DNA from: Heptranchias perlo
Lineage: Eukaryota
Direction of reading: 5' to 3'
Length of the DNA stretch: 64,000 bases
Assembly: GCF_035084215.1 (NCBI RefSeq)
Contig: NC_090340.1
Span: 4,774,001 to 4,838,000 of the forward strand
The first letter of the stretch is position 1. Each line of letters opens with the position of its first letter. The notes beneath the pieces are model-generated. The model was not told the DNA's origin. It ran no database searches and saw only the letters and a list, made by a program, of their open reading frames with translations. This document shows positions 12,424 to 25,858 of this stretch, piece by piece. Both the position numbers and the translations under genes were made by a program.

Positions 12424-13030
12424 TTCTCGGGATGTGGACATCGCTGGCACGGTCGGCATTTATTGTCCATTCCTAGTTACCAAGGTGGCGGTGGGTCTTC
12501 TCCTTAAACCACTGCAGTCCATGTAGTGAAGGTGCTCCCACAGTGATGTTAGGTAGGGAGTTCCAGGGTTTTGACTAAGCGATGATAAAGCAAGGGCGAT
12601 ATATGTCCAAGAAAAGATGACGTGTGACTTGGAGTGGGGGAACGTGGAGGTGATGTTGTTCCCATGCACCTGCTGCCCTGATCCTTCTAGGTGCTGGAGG
12701 CCTCGGGTTTGGGAGGTGCTGTCGAAGAAGCCTGGGCGAGTTGCTGCAGTGCATCCTGTAGATGGTGCACACTGCAGCCACTGTGCACCGATGGTGGACG
12801 AAATATAAGGTGGTGGAATAAGTGCCGATCAAGCAGACTGTTTTTGTTCTGGATATTGTCGAGCTTCTTGAGTATTGTCGCAGCTGTGCCATCCAGGCAA
12901 GTGGAGAATATTCCATCAAACTTCTGACTTGTCGGTGGTGGTGCCGCTTTGGGAAGTTAGGAGTGAGTTAGTCTCCGAGGAATAACCAGCGTCTGACCTG
13001 CTCCAGGAGCCGCAGCTTTTATATGGCCAT
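12424..13030 (-). mobile_element. LINE family A 3' fragment in V-C1 intron (shared by all three copies)
   Basis: Same fragment at the same intron position at about 26810-27400 and 56484-57095. Confidence 0.85.
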
Positions 13031-13639
13031 TTATATCACTTATTCACAAATCGAAAGTGTTGAATGAGATTGTTTTTGTTTATTTTTATTGCTACATCGA
13101 ATAAGGAAAAAATGTCTTTGACTCTGAATCGAATTCTGCCTGGAATCATTTCTTTCAACCCCCTGATTACTGAGGGGCCGCTCCCGACCCACCTTTTACC
13201 GCACTCCGAAGTCCAACATTAACTTTCCCAGAGTGGCTGGCAATTCAAACGTGGGGCACAACAATGAGATTGTCAGTATCTATTAACAACTAGATCCAAG
13301 TACTAACACACAGACAGATATAAAGGACAGGGCGGGGGGCGCTGGAGGGCAGCCTGTGAAGACAAGTAGCTTGCAATGAAATAATCAACTGCACAGAGAG
13401 GATTGAACAGGCTAAACACTAAACAACATTTTACTGCATAAAATAATAGATTTTATTTGCACTATGGATTCATTGTGGTTGCTAATAGATTTTATTTTCA
13501 GTGATAGATATATTTGCTCTGATAGATTTGATTTCGATTGAAAGATTTGTTTCTGTGGGAAATAGATTTTAGATGTTGACAGATGGCAATGGGTTTTTCA
13601 AGAATTGGATAAGGAACATTTACATGAAACAGAACGAAA

Positions 13640-14900
13640 CTCCGTGCTACGAAGCCTGTGAGTGGATCATCTGCTGTTCAAGCTCAGTCTGTGTCTCCAG
13701 TAAGATCTCGGCGGTGAAGGCAAAGTATCTCCCATGGATGCCAGTGCCAGAGTGGGAATCGTGATTCAAAAATTGATGGAGAAAATGGTTTGGAAGACAC
13801 ATTAGTGACACAAGATCATCTAAGGAAAAGAAGTTAACAAGGATCTGTAATCACCTCAGGTCACGTTGTGATAACTTTCTCACTGGGGAGTGATGACATT
13901 TATGGATGTACGAATTGTTGAGATGCAGTTTAGGATGGAGACGAAGGTACTTTTATGACCGGAATGGGATCACTGTCAGAAACCTCGAGAACATTCTGGA
14001 TTAATTACATTTTGAACTCGGGGCTGAAATATTCCTGATCAAGCAGTTAGTGACTGATGAGTTTACAGTTCTCACCGAGCGACAGGTTAGTTGAAGGAGG
14101 GTAGGGAGCTGTCGGCATCTGAGTGGAGTTGAGCTCCTGAAAATCAAATACCAGGTTGTATATGGGGATTTTAAGAGATCTAAGAGCAATAGTCGAGTGT
14201 TGAAAAGGATGGAGATAAAGTTAATTCGAACATTGAATAATTACTCCCGCAATTCCAATATGAAACTGCGACCTCGTCAGTCTGAAGTTCTAAAAAACAG
14301 CATGAGGTTCGGGATTATTCTCACATGAGGAATTATTGATAAACCGAACAAGATAAAGTGACATGGAAAGAGAGAAGACAAGGAGCAAGTGTGTGGGAGG
14401 GTTGAGGGGAGTGAAAAATAGAGAAGGATTGGACCTTGATCAATTTTTAAATATGAACGATTCGCCCATGGATGAGGCAGATAGATAATGGGGTTCAGGA
14501 TGGAGCGGTATTCCAGATTTGCCGATTTAAAAGCCATTGTCTCGGCCACAGTAGGAGCAGTGCGCGAAATTTTGATGTGAAGAAGGGTGTAAGATTTATT
14601 TACTTGGTGATATCAGTCCTAGATCTCCTGAATCAAAAGACATTAAAGGGAGACTCAGTTGAAGGTATCTGCGGCGAGTCCCACTAGTGATCAAGGGGAA
14701 TAAATGTAGAAAGAGTAAGAGGAGGTTAGAAGATTTTTTTTACGCAAAGGGTTATTAGAGCGTGGGGTAGAACCGCAGAAGGGCAATTGGCGGAAATCAA
14801 ACACAGGGGTTCGGGGGGAATTACAATAATATTGATAGTTGCGGGGGGGTGGCAGGGGACTGGAATGAGGTAGAGATCTCTTTCTGGGCTTAACCTTCTG
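13640..14900 (+). mobile_element. Ancient, highly degenerate CR1 remnant in V-C1 intron
   Basis: Residual FFTQRVIRAW-like codons near 14735-14765; paralogous at about 28000-29270 and 57700-58950. Confidence 0.45.
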
Positions 14901-16732
14901 GAATTTAACCGGAAAGTAAATGGACACGGAACACGGAGACAGTCAAATTTAGCGAGACTCTGCCGATGAATGGTTCACAGGTGGGTCACTCAATGAGGAT
15001 TCATATTGCGCCAGCAAGGCTCCGAGTCGAGAGCGGAGATCCGTCGACTTCCTTGATCAGTGAGAAGTGGTAGAGGCGGATCTCTGCAACTGCAGAATAT
15101 TGGGAGCTTGATAAATTTGATACTACTTTGGCCCCTCTCCCTTTTAATTCGTGATATCGGAAACGGACGAAGACTTGAAATAATTCACACAGAGCGAGAA
15201 CCGGGGTCAGGACCGGAACATTATCTGGGAAATGAATCGAGTGAGTGAGCTCTGGTACAGGACAACTGCACGCGTTTTGGACCTTAACAACGAGTCCCAG
15301 ACTGGAACTGAGACAATAATTTCCTTCATGCTTTTGTATTAATTTATCACTCTGTCAGTGAAAGCATATTATAGAATACTCTCTCCCTATTAGCAACGCA
15401 GAAGCCTATTTAGAACGTCGTTCTAAATCATAGTGAAGCATAAGCAGAAATAGACACCGAGGGCTTTAAGAGATCCCACGGGACGGGTTCGGTTTAACTC
15501 GGACTTAAATTCATTTCAATGCCCAGACATGGGGCCTTCCCGTCAGCGAGTGCTGGATAAAGACAAGAACTAAATAAATATTGCCATGGACTGTTTCAAG
15601 CAAATCAAGCGTTCTTTATTAATACTAAAATGGCGGTAAAATTTCCCTCTTAAAGGGACTCTGCAGATGCTCCAGGCTCTCCCTTCTCGGCGTCTGTTGT
15701 TTCCATTCTCTAATATAATATACGGGTAGTGATTTCAACTCAATTCCTTTAACTCCTTTCCAGTGCCGCTAACTCCTGTGAAGATTACCCGCCTGCACTC
15801 TCCGTCTCTCACACTCCTCTGCACAACGGCTGTTTTTTTCCCCCGAGGAGTTGAACCTAACTTGGTATGAAAATGGCCCCAAAATTACATCTGGGATAAA
15901 CTTGGTAGAAACACGGAGCGAAGAGGGATTGTATCAAGTTTCCAGCTCCTTGATCTCTGTGTATCTGCCGCGTGCCCCATCCCTCTCTGCTGGCTCCAGC
16001 CAACTCCAGCTGCACGGTTCGTGATCCGGGTAAGAGACCCACCTGATCAGCACTGCAGTAAGCTGTATCTGTGTTAAATACAGGAGCCATTCAGGGCTTT
16101 TCTGTCACCACTAATCCGCACCAGAATATTGTCAATGCAGTGCGTTTGAAGGGGCTGAATATGCTCATTGCAATATCACAAAGCATTTGAGGCGGCCACT
16201 CACATTGGTCACCATGCAAGATGGAGTCTTGCGCAATTGAACGGCGGATCCATGGTCAAAATGTAAAAATGAACCATACTTTCGAAACACAGTATCTGAC
16301 GTAACACTCTGAGCGGGGAACCCCATCCCAACTGCCCAGTTCTTCAACTACATGGGCAGGTTCTCAATTGTCTGCTACTGGAGGCGTCCATTAGCGATCG
16401 GTGTCAGGATTGCACTTCTTGAGAAATGTCAATGATCTGGATGAAGGCGTCCACAAGTTCACTGATGGTACAACTATATGTGCTAAAGTCAGAACCATTA
16501 AGGAGAAAACATTTACAATCGGATCGAGATGCGATCGGGGAATCGGCCTGTATCTGGCAGATGTCAATTAATGCAGATAAATGTAGTCTAATACTTGTGG
16601 GCAGGTTTAATACCAAGCATTGTGCACAGTGCTAGGCTCTGAATTAAAGTCTGTTGAGGGGCAAAGATTATTGGGTGTTCGTGTCTGAATCTCCCAAATT
16701 CCACGACTAATGCCGATAGATGATAACCAAAG

Positions 16733-16824
16733 GTACGGTACCATAGTGGTTATGTTACTGGATTAGTAATCCGGAGGCATGGACGACGATTCAGAGTCAT
16801 GAGTCCAAATCCTGCCACGGCAGG
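16733..16824 (+). mobile_element. tRNA-derived SINE head
   Basis: A-box-like taccatagtgg and B-box-like gagtccaaatcc; directly joined to a LINE. Confidence 0.6.
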
Positions 16825-18779
16825 AGCAGCACCAGGCGTACCTAAAAATGAGGTGCCAATCTGGTGAAGCGACAACTCAGGACTACATGCATGTTAAAAA
16901 TGGTATAAACAGAGCTAAGCGATTCCACAACCAACGAAACAGATCAAAGCTCTGCAGTCCTGCCACGTCCAGTTGTGAATGGTGGTGGACAATTAAACAA
17001 CGTAACAGGAGGAGGAGGCTGCGTAAACATCGCCATCCTCAATGATGGCGGAGTCCAGCACGTGAGTGCAAAAGACAAGGCTGAAGTGTTTGCAACTATC
17101 TTCAGCCAGAAGTGCCGAGGGATGATCCATCTCGGCCTCCTCCCGATATCCCCACCATCACAGAAGCCAGTCCTCAGCCAATTCGATTCACTCCACGTGA
17201 TATCAAGAAACGGCTGAGTGCACTGGATACAGCAAAGGTTATGGGCCCCGACAACACCCCAGCTGTAGTGCTGAAGATTTGTGATCCAGAACTAACTGCG
17301 CCTCTAGCCAAGCTGTTCCAGTATAGCTACAAAACTGACATCCACCCGAAAATGTGGAGAATTGCCCAGGTATGTCCTGTCCACAAAAAGCAGGACAAAT
17401 CCAATCCGGCCAATTGCCGCACAATCAGTCTACCCTCAATCAATCAGAAAAGCGATGGAAGGTGTCGTCGACAGTGCTATCAAGCGGCACTTACTCAGCA
17501 ACAACCTGCTCACCGATGCTCAGTTTGGATTCCACCACGACCACTCGGCTCCAGACCTCATTACAGCCTTGGTCCAAACATGGACCAAAGAGCTGAATTC
17601 CGGAGGTGAGCTGAGAGTGACTGCCTTTGACATCAAGGCATCATTCGACCGAGTGTGCCACCAAGGAGACCTAGTAAAATTGAATTCAATGTGAATCAGG
17701 GGGAAAACGCTCCAGTGGCTAGAGTCATACCTAGCGCAAAGGAAGATGGTAGTGGTTATTGGAGGCCAATCATCTCAGCCCCAGGACATTGCTGCAGGGG
17801 TTCCTCAAGGCAGTGTCCGAGGCTCAACCATCTTCAGCTGCTTCATCAATGACCTTCCCTCCATCATAAGGTCAGAAATGGGGATGTTCGCTGATGATTG
17901 CACAGTGTTCAGTTCCGTTTGCAACCCCTCAAATAATGAAGCAGTCGGAGCCCGCACGCAGCAAGACCTGGACAACATCCAGGCTTCGGCTCATAAGTGG
18001 CAAGTAACATTCGCGCCAGATAAGTGACAGGCAATGATCATCTCCAACAAGACAGAGACTCACCACCTCCCCTTGACATTAAACTGCATTACCATCGCCG
18101 AATCCCCCACCATTAACATCCTGGGAGTTACCATTGACCAGAAACCTAACTGGACCAGCCATATAAATACAGTGGCTACGAGAGCAGGTCAGAGGCTGGG
18201 TATTCTGCGGCGAGTGACTCATCTCCTGACTCCCCAAAGTCTTTCCACCATCTACAAGGCACAAGTCAGGAGTGTGCTGGAACACTCTCCACTTGCTTGG
18301 ATGAGTGCAGCTACAACAACACTCAAGAAGCTCGACACCATCCAAGATAAAGCAGCCCGATTGAATGGCACTCCATCCACCACACCACCCTAAACATTCA
18401 CTCACTTCATCACCGGCGCACTGTACCATCCACAGGATGCACTGTAGCAACTCGCCAAGGCTTCTTCGACAGCACCTCCCAAACCCGCGACCTCTACCAC
18501 CTAGAAGGACAAGAGCAGCAGGCACATGGGAACAACACCACCTGCACTTTCCCCTCCAAGTCACACACCATCCCGACTTTGAAATATTCCTTCATCATCA
18601 CTGGGTCAAAATCCTGGAACTCTCTTCCGAACAGAACTGTGGGAGAACCGTCACCATACAGACTGCAGCGGTTCAAGAAGGCGGCTCACCACCACCTTCT
18701 CAAGGGCAATTAGGGATGGGCAATAAATGCCGGCCTCGCCAGCGACGCCCGCATCCCATGAATGATTTTTTTTTAAAAA
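16823..18779 (+). mobile_element. LINE family A insertion specific to copy 1
   Basis: RT motifs and family A tail; absent at the equivalent site in copies 2 and 3 (about 31155 and 60895). Confidence 0.9.
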
Positions 18780-20474
18780 TAGAGTATAAAGATGTTTAGC
18801 CGGGACAAACCGATAGAAACAAAGAGCACCATAATGTCCTTTCCCATTGTCAGCCCTCATCTACAATATTGTGTCCAGTTCTGTTTCCCTCATATGGTGA
18901 GAGTTATTGGGGCATTGGGGAAAAAGTTCAGCGCAGAGCCACTATATTCATACTATTTTAAAAACCCTTAGTTATCACGATAGGTTCAAGGATTTGGGTA
19001 TTTGTACTCTCGAAAAGCGTAGACTTTGGGATACTTAATTGAACGATGAAGGGACTAGTCTGTGCACACGTGGATAGATCACTTGAATTAAATTATTACC
19101 GAGAACGAGGGCTCATGGGTACATGTCATTTAAGCACAGAACACGGTTTGATATCTGGAGGATAGTCTTCTTCCAGAAGGTAACTGAACTTTGGATTAAA
19201 TCGAAGTCTCGTGCAGTGAGTGCGGATTCTCTGCAAAGTTACAAAAGGAGCTCGACGAGTTCCTGAGGGAGGCTGATATCGTGGTGTACAAAGGATAGGT
19301 GTGATGTTGCAAGACGCACCTCAAGGTCAATGTTATTTACTGGAACTCGTTTCTCATCACCTTCGGGTCGGAGAGAAAGCACCTATAACTCTGTGAGGGA
19401 TTTTGCCTCTCCCTGGAGACCAAACGGCACAAACAATCACGGGGAGAGAGACAGACAGACACATCCGTACATAAAGACACGGCCCCCTCCACACCCACAC
19501 CCTCCCCCCACAACACACACACACAAATATTTACATACACATGATGAACAAAACTACATAATCATTAATTAAATGCGATTATTAATCCGAATTAAATGTT
19601 GATATTATCAGACATGGAAAGTCCCTGTGTGCTTTGCATTCCGCTGTACTTTGGCCGCTTGATGCTGAGATACGATGGAGGCGCATTAGTATTTCGGTAA
19701 GAGACGATAGCTGTGATATGTCGGTGCTGCCTGATATCTGACGTTGATTAAATATTTCGCAATATCTCGCCTATAAAATGCTGAAATTCCACTTTCTGTG
19801 TCCCTTTCAGCTGACGGGAACAGTACATCCCTCTACCCCCTGGTGTCGGGGTGTGCAGCAGGCGGGTTAATAATTCTAGTGCTGGTAATTCTCGTCAAGC
19901 GATGCAATTTAGTCAGAACTGAAGGTAAGACCTGACACGATCCTGATTCAGAATTAAGTTTGTTAGTTACATTTCAGCATGGCGGCAGCGAGGGCGAGGG
20001 CACGGAGTATGCGGCGTCAACTGGGATCTAGATTTTGGGAGCGGTGTCCGTCACACGAAGTGAGTTTATATTCCTGGGGTCGAATTTTGTTGCGAGGGCA
20101 AAACTTAAACCCAAGAGATCCCTCAGAATAATTGCAGCAGGTCTGAACATTAAAGCCACCTGTAATTTCGGTTCGTGTTTTTACAGCAACTGAAGGTGTT
20201 GAACTTCCCCTACATCGCCCCGGGACTCTGAGACTGAACCATGCATCGGAAAGGGGTCAAAGAATCATAGAATCATAGAATCATAAAAAGGTTGCAGCAC
20301 GGAAGGAGGTCATTCGGCCCATTGAGTCCGCGCCGGCTCTATGCAAGATCATTCCCGCTTGTCCGACTCCCCCGCCCTATTCCAACGACTTGTTTTCAAG
20401 TAATCATCCAGTTCCCTTTCGAAGGCCATGATTGAATCTGCCTCCACCACCCGCTCGGTCAATGCATTCCAGAT

Positions 20475-21590
20475 AGGAACATCGGAACATAGGAACAGGA
20501 GTAGGCCATTCAGCCCCTCGTGCCTGCTCCGCCATTTGATAAGATCATGGCTGATCTGTGATCGAGCTCCCTACCTGCCTTTGGCCCGTATCCCTTAATA
20601 TCTTTGGTTGCCAAAAAGCTATATATCTCACATTTAAATTTATCAATTGAGCTAGTATCAATTGCCATTTGCGGAAGAGAGTTCCAAACTTCTACCACAC
20701 TTTGTGTGTAGAAGTGATTTCTAATCTCACTCCTGAAAGGTTTGGCTCTCATTTTTAGACTGTGCCCCCGACTCCTCGAATCCCCAACCAGCGGAAATAG
20801 TTTCTCTCTATCCACCCTATCCGTTCCCCATAATATCTTATAAACTTCGATCAGATCACCCCATAACGTTCTAAACTCTAGAGAATACAACCCCAATTTG
20901 TGTAATCTCTCCTCGTAACTTAATCATTGAAGTCTGGGTATCATTCTAGTAAACGTACGCTGCACTCCCTCCAAGGTCAATATGTCCTTCCGTAGGTGCA
21001 GTGCCCAGGTGCGGTCTAACCAGGGTTTTTTTTATAGCTGTAGCATAACTTCTGCCCCTTGTACTCCAGTCCTCTGGATATAAAGGCCAGCAATCGCTTA
21101 GCCTTCTTGATTATTTTCTGCACCTGTTCATGAAACTTCAATGATCGATGTACCTGAACCCCTAAGTCCCTTTGGACATCCACTGTTTTTTTTTAAAGTT
21201 TTTACCATTTAGAAAGTCCCCTGTTCTATCCTTTTTTGATCCAAAGTGGATGACCTCACATTTGTCCACATTGAATTCCATTTGCCACAGCTTTGCCCAT
21301 TCACCTAATCTATCAATATCGCTTTGTAATTTTATGTTTCCATCTACACTGCTTACAATGCCACCAATCTTTGTGTTATCGGCAAACTTAGATGTGAGAC
21401 GTTCTATGCCTTCATCTAAGCCGTTAATAAATATTGTGAATAATTGAGGCCCCAAGACAGATCCCTGCGGGACTCCACTGGTCACATCCTGCCAATGTGA
21501 ATACTCACCCATTATTCCAACTCTCTATCGGCTCAGCCAAATTCCTAACCATGTCCATACTTTTCCCTCGATTCCATGGGCTTCTAACTT
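20475..21590 (-). mobile_element. Nested CR1 LINE 3' fragment
   Basis: ORFs 20510-20896 and 21162-21512 (GVPQGSVLGPQLF, FADN) plus a CR1 tail. Confidence 0.85.
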
Positions 21591-21594
21591 ACTG

Positions 21595-21821
21595 TTCTCC
21601 GTGACTGGCCTGTTTGAACAACAACGACACCTTTTGATTGGTGTGATGCTGTCCCAGCCTAAAATAAGATATGCGATTTGAGAACCTTCCACTCATTCAC
21701 CTGACGAAGGGGATAATCTCCGAAAGCTTGTGATTTTAAAATAACATTGTTCGACTATAACCTCGTGTTGTAAGATTCCTTACATTTGTCCACCCCAGTC
21801 CATCACCGGCATCTCCACATC
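21595..21821 (+). mobile_element. Penelope-like element pseudo-LTR fragment
   Basis: Hammerhead motif, cgactataacctcgtgttg and a ttgtccaccccagtccatcaccggcatctccacatc end; homologous to 1-245. Confidence 0.7.
21697..21733 (+). ncRNA. Minimal type I hammerhead ribozyme motif (PLE type)
   Basis: tcac-CTGACGA-a-gggga/taa/tctcc-GAAA-gctt-gtga. Confidence 0.75.
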
Positions 21822-21889
21822 TTGAAAGATTATGGTTAGAGCATCTGCATACTGCTCACCCACTTCCTTTAAACCCTGGGATGGAAACC

Positions 21890-22045
21890 CAGGGACATTG
21901 GTCCCGGTCGTGCTCGGGTGTAACCCGCCTCGCTTGTACACGTTCCACCTTCCCCAGAACCGGTCCCAATGTCCCAGGAATCTAAATTCCTCCCTCCTAC
22001 ACCATCCCTGCAGCCACGCATTCATCCTACCTATATTGATCCTAA
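21890..22045 (-). mobile_element. CR1 ORF1 SGNH/esterase-domain fragment
   Basis: RMNAWLQGWCRREEFRFLGHWDRFWGRWNVYKRGGLHP, matching the DGLH-region of CR1 ORF1 esterases. Confidence 0.75.
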
Positions 22046-24669
22046 CGAGTCGCTCTATAAATGTTTTCCTCATGTCACCTTTGTTTCTTTTGTCAATCAC
22101 CTTAAATCTATATCCTCTGGCTCTTGCGCCCTTCCGCCAATGGGAACAGTTTCTCTCTTTCGACTCTGTCCATACCCTTCATGATTTTGAATACCTCTAT
22201 CAAATCTCCTCACAATCGTCTCTGTTCCAATAAGCACAAAACCAGCTTCTCCACTCTATCCGCGTAGCTGAAGTCCCTCATCCCTGGATTTATTCCAGTA
22301 AACCTTTTCTGCACACTCTCAAAGGCCTTCAAATATTTCCTAAAGTGCGGTGCCCAGAACTGGACACAATACTCCAGTTGTGTCCAAATGAATGTTTTAT
22401 AAAGGTTCATCATGACTTCCATACTTGTGTAAACTATGTCTTTATTTATAAAGCCCGGGATCCCATATGCTTTTTTAACCGCTTTCTCCACCTGCCCTGC
22501 TACCTTCAACGATTTCTGCACGTAAACCCCCGAATCTCTCTGTTCCTGTACCCATTTTAGAATTGTGCTCTATAGTTTATATTGCCTCTCCTCGTTCTTC
22601 CGACCAAAATGTACCACTCAGCATTTTTCTGCATTAAATTTCATCTGTCACTTGTCTGCCCATGCTACCAGCCTGTCTATATCCACTTGAAGTCTATCAC
22701 TATCCTCCTCACTGTTTACTAGACTTCAAAGTTTTGTGTCATCTGCAAATTTTGAAATTGTGCCCTGTACACCCAAGTGCAAGTCATTAATACATATCAA
22801 GAAAAGCAGTGGTCCTAGCACAGACCCGTGGGGAACACCATTGTATACATCCCTCCAGTCCAAAAAACAACCGTTCACCACTACTCTGTGTTTCCTGTTA
22901 ATTAGCCAATTCTGTATCGATGTTGCTACTGCCCCCTTTATTACATGGACCGCAATCTTGATGAAAAGTCTAACATGCGGCACTTTATCAAAAGCCTTTT
23001 GAAAATCCACATACACCACATCAACCGCATTGCCCTCATCAACCCTCTCTGCTACCTCATCAAGAAACTCTATCAGATTAGTAAAACACGATTTGCCTTT
23101 AATAATTCCCTGCTGGCTTTCCCTAATCAAGCCACACTCGCCCTAGTGACTGTTACTTCTGTCCCGGATTCTCATTTCTAAATGTTTCCCCACCACTGAG
23201 GTTTAACTGACTGGCTGATGGTTGCTGGGTTTACCTTTACACCCTTTTTTGGAACAAGGATAAAATTTGCAATTCTCCAGTCATCTAGCACCACCCCCGT
23301 ACCTATGGATGTTTGGAAGATTATGGCCAGTACCTCCGAAAATTTGCACCCTTACTTCCCTCAGCAACCTACGATGCATCCCATACAGACCAGGTGACTT
23401 TGTACAGCTGGCCTTTCTAGTACCTCTTCTTTATCAATTTTTAGCCAGTCCAGTATCTCAACTATATCTTCCTTTGCTGAGACTCTGGCAGCATCTTCTT
23501 CCTTGGTAAGGACAGATGCAAAGTACTCATTTAGCATTTCGGCTTATGCCTCCATGTGACATCTCCTTTATGGTCCCGAATTGTCCACTTCCCTACTCCT
23601 ACGGCCCGTTTACTGTTTACATGCCTGCAGAAGACTTTTGCTTTCCCTTTTATGTTGGCCGCCAGTCTATTCCCATATTCTCTCTTTGCCCCTCTTATTT
23701 ACTTTTTCACTTCGCCTTTGAAATTTCTATATTCGTCTGGTTCTCACTTGCGTTGTCAACTTGACATCCGTCACACGCCCCTTTCTTTCGATTTCATTCA
23801 CTGTCTATCTCCTTTTTCATCCAGGGAGCTCCAGCTCCAGTTGCTCTAATTTTATGCCTCGTGGGAATGTGCCTCGACTGTACCTGAACCATCTCATCTT
23901 TAAAGGCCGCCCACTGTTCAATTACAGTTTTGACTGCCAATCTATGATTCCAATTTACCCGGGCCAGATCTGTTCTCATCCCATTGAAATTGGCTCTCTT
24001 CCAATTGAGTGTTTTTACTTTTGAGTGGTCCATGTCCTTTTCCACAGCTATTCTAAACCTTTTTGATACAATCGCTGCTCTCTAAATGCTCCCGCAGTGA
24101 CACTTGTTCCACTTGGACGGCCTCATTCCCTAGAACCAAGTCCAGCAATGACTCCTTCCTTGTTGGTACTGAAACGTACTGGTCAAGAAAGTTATCCTGA
24201 ACACTTTTCAAATATTCTTGCCGCTTATAATATTATTGTTATCTCAGTCTATTTTAGGATAGCTAGTTATCACTACTTAATAGCTTTTGCAACTCTTTGT
24301 GATTTCACTGCAAATTTGCTGCTCTATATCCTTCCTACAAGTTGGCGGCCGACAGAAAACACCCAGTAATGTAATGGCACCTCTTTTATTTCTTAACTCT
24401 CACCAAATAGATTCTGTCCTTAACCCATCCTGGACATCCTCTCTCTCCAGTACTGCAATATTCTCCTTAATCAATACGGGCACCCCGACCCTCCTTTCTT
24501 TCCTTCCCTATCTATTCTGAACACCTTGCATCCAGGAATATTTAGGCCCCAATCCTGGCCTTTTTTGAGACATCGTATTCCCATGTGGCTCTTTGCGTCT
24601 GCAGCTCACCAACCTTGTTCGCCATGCTTCGTGCCTTTACACACATGTACTGCAAACCAGTCTTAGACT

Positions 24670-25585
24670 TTAGAAACACAGAAACACAGAAAATAGGAGC
24701 AGGAGTGGGCCATTCGTCCCTTCGAGCCTGCTCCGCCATTCAATGTGATCATGGCTGATCCTCTATCTCAATACCATATTCCAGCTCTCTCCCCATACCG
24801 CTCGATGGCTTCTGTGTCTAGAAATCTATCTAGCTCCTTCTTAAATATATTCAGTGACTTGGCCTCCACAGCCTTCTGTGGTAGAGAATTTCTCAGTATC
24901 ACCATGCTCTGAGTGAAGAAATTTCTCCTCATCTCAGTCCTAAATGCCCTACCCTGTATCCTGAGTCTGTGACACTCGTTGTTGACCGTCCAGCCAAGAG
25001 AAACATCCTCCCTGCATCCAGTCTGTCTAGTCCTTTCAGAACTGTATACGTTTCAATGAGGTCCCCTCTCATTCTTCTAAACTGCAGTAAACTCAGGCCT
25101 AGTCGACCCAATCTCTGCTCATACGACAGTCCTGCCATCCCACGAATCAGTCTGGTGAACCTTCGTTGAACCCCCCTTTATGGCAAGTATATCCTTTCTT
25201 AGGTAAGGAGAGAAAAACTGCACACAATGCTCCAAGTGTGGTCTCACCAAGGACCTGCATAACTGCAGTAAGACATCCTTGCTCCTGTACTCAAATCCTC
25301 TTGCAATGAAGGCCAAAATACGATTTGCCTTCCGAACTGCTTGCTGCACCTGCTTGTTTGATTTAAGTGACTGGTGTACAAGGTCACCCAGGTCCCTTTG
25401 TACAAAAAAATTCCCAATCTATCACCATTTAAATAATGCTCTGCCTTTCGATTTTTCCTTCCAAAGTGGATAACTTCACATTTATCCACATTATACTGCA
25501 TCTACCATGTATTTGCCCACTCACTCAGCTTGTCTAAATCGCCATGAAGCCTCTTTGCATCCTCCTCACAACTCACAATCCCACG
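24670..25585 (-). mobile_element. CR1 LINE (HER1-like) 3' fragment upstream of copy 2
   Basis: RT C-terminal ORFs and HER1-type tail; orthologous to 54357-55258. Confidence 0.85.
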
Positions 25586-25715
25586 TTTCTTGTACTCTCT
25601 CTTTGTCTGATCTCTTGTCAAACACAGACCAATCTCACCGCAGCTTCACGTACATCGCTGCAAAAATGTGACCAACTTTGCGATTAGTCAAGAGCTGTCA
25701 CAATTCGGAATCGTA

Positions 25716-25858
25716 CACGTGATGCAAATCTCTTGACCACCAATGAGATTTGGGTGGTTGTAATTTCAGCTCTGACGTAAAAGTGAAACCAGTGCATTGA
25801 ATTGCCGCTTCAGATATCTTATGGAGCGTCTCATTGATATATTATGGAGCGTCTCATT
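25716..25858 (+). promoter_or_regulatory. Putative proximal promoter of copy 2 (E-box, CCAAT, CRE-like, IRF-like)
   Basis: CACGTG 25716, CCAAT 25740, TGACGTA 25773, AAAAGTGAAACC 25779-25790, 23-bp tandem duplication 25813-25858; lies 100-240 nt upstream of the ATG. Confidence 0.4.

Larger units (their letters stand above)
11689..19924 (+). pseudogene. VJ-C1-TM Ig-superfamily receptor, copy 1 (pseudogene)
   Basis: Leader 11689-11743 (donor GT>CT). V 11944-12144 (117-nt deletion, donor GT>AT). C1 15764-16029 (+1 and -17 frameshifts). TM 19811-19924 intact. Cytoplasmic exons are absent; homology ends near 20200. Confidence 0.9.
20262..24670 (-). mobile_element. CR1 LINE split by a nested insertion at 20475-22040
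   Basis: 3' tail at 20262-20474 resumes near 22040; the paralog at 51530-54355 is uninterrupted. Confidence 0.85.

Noticed and set aside
13440-13575. Repeated atagattt motifs conserved in all three copies as a regulatory array
   Set aside because: Conservation is explained by the recent duplication; it looks like a decayed tandem repeat.
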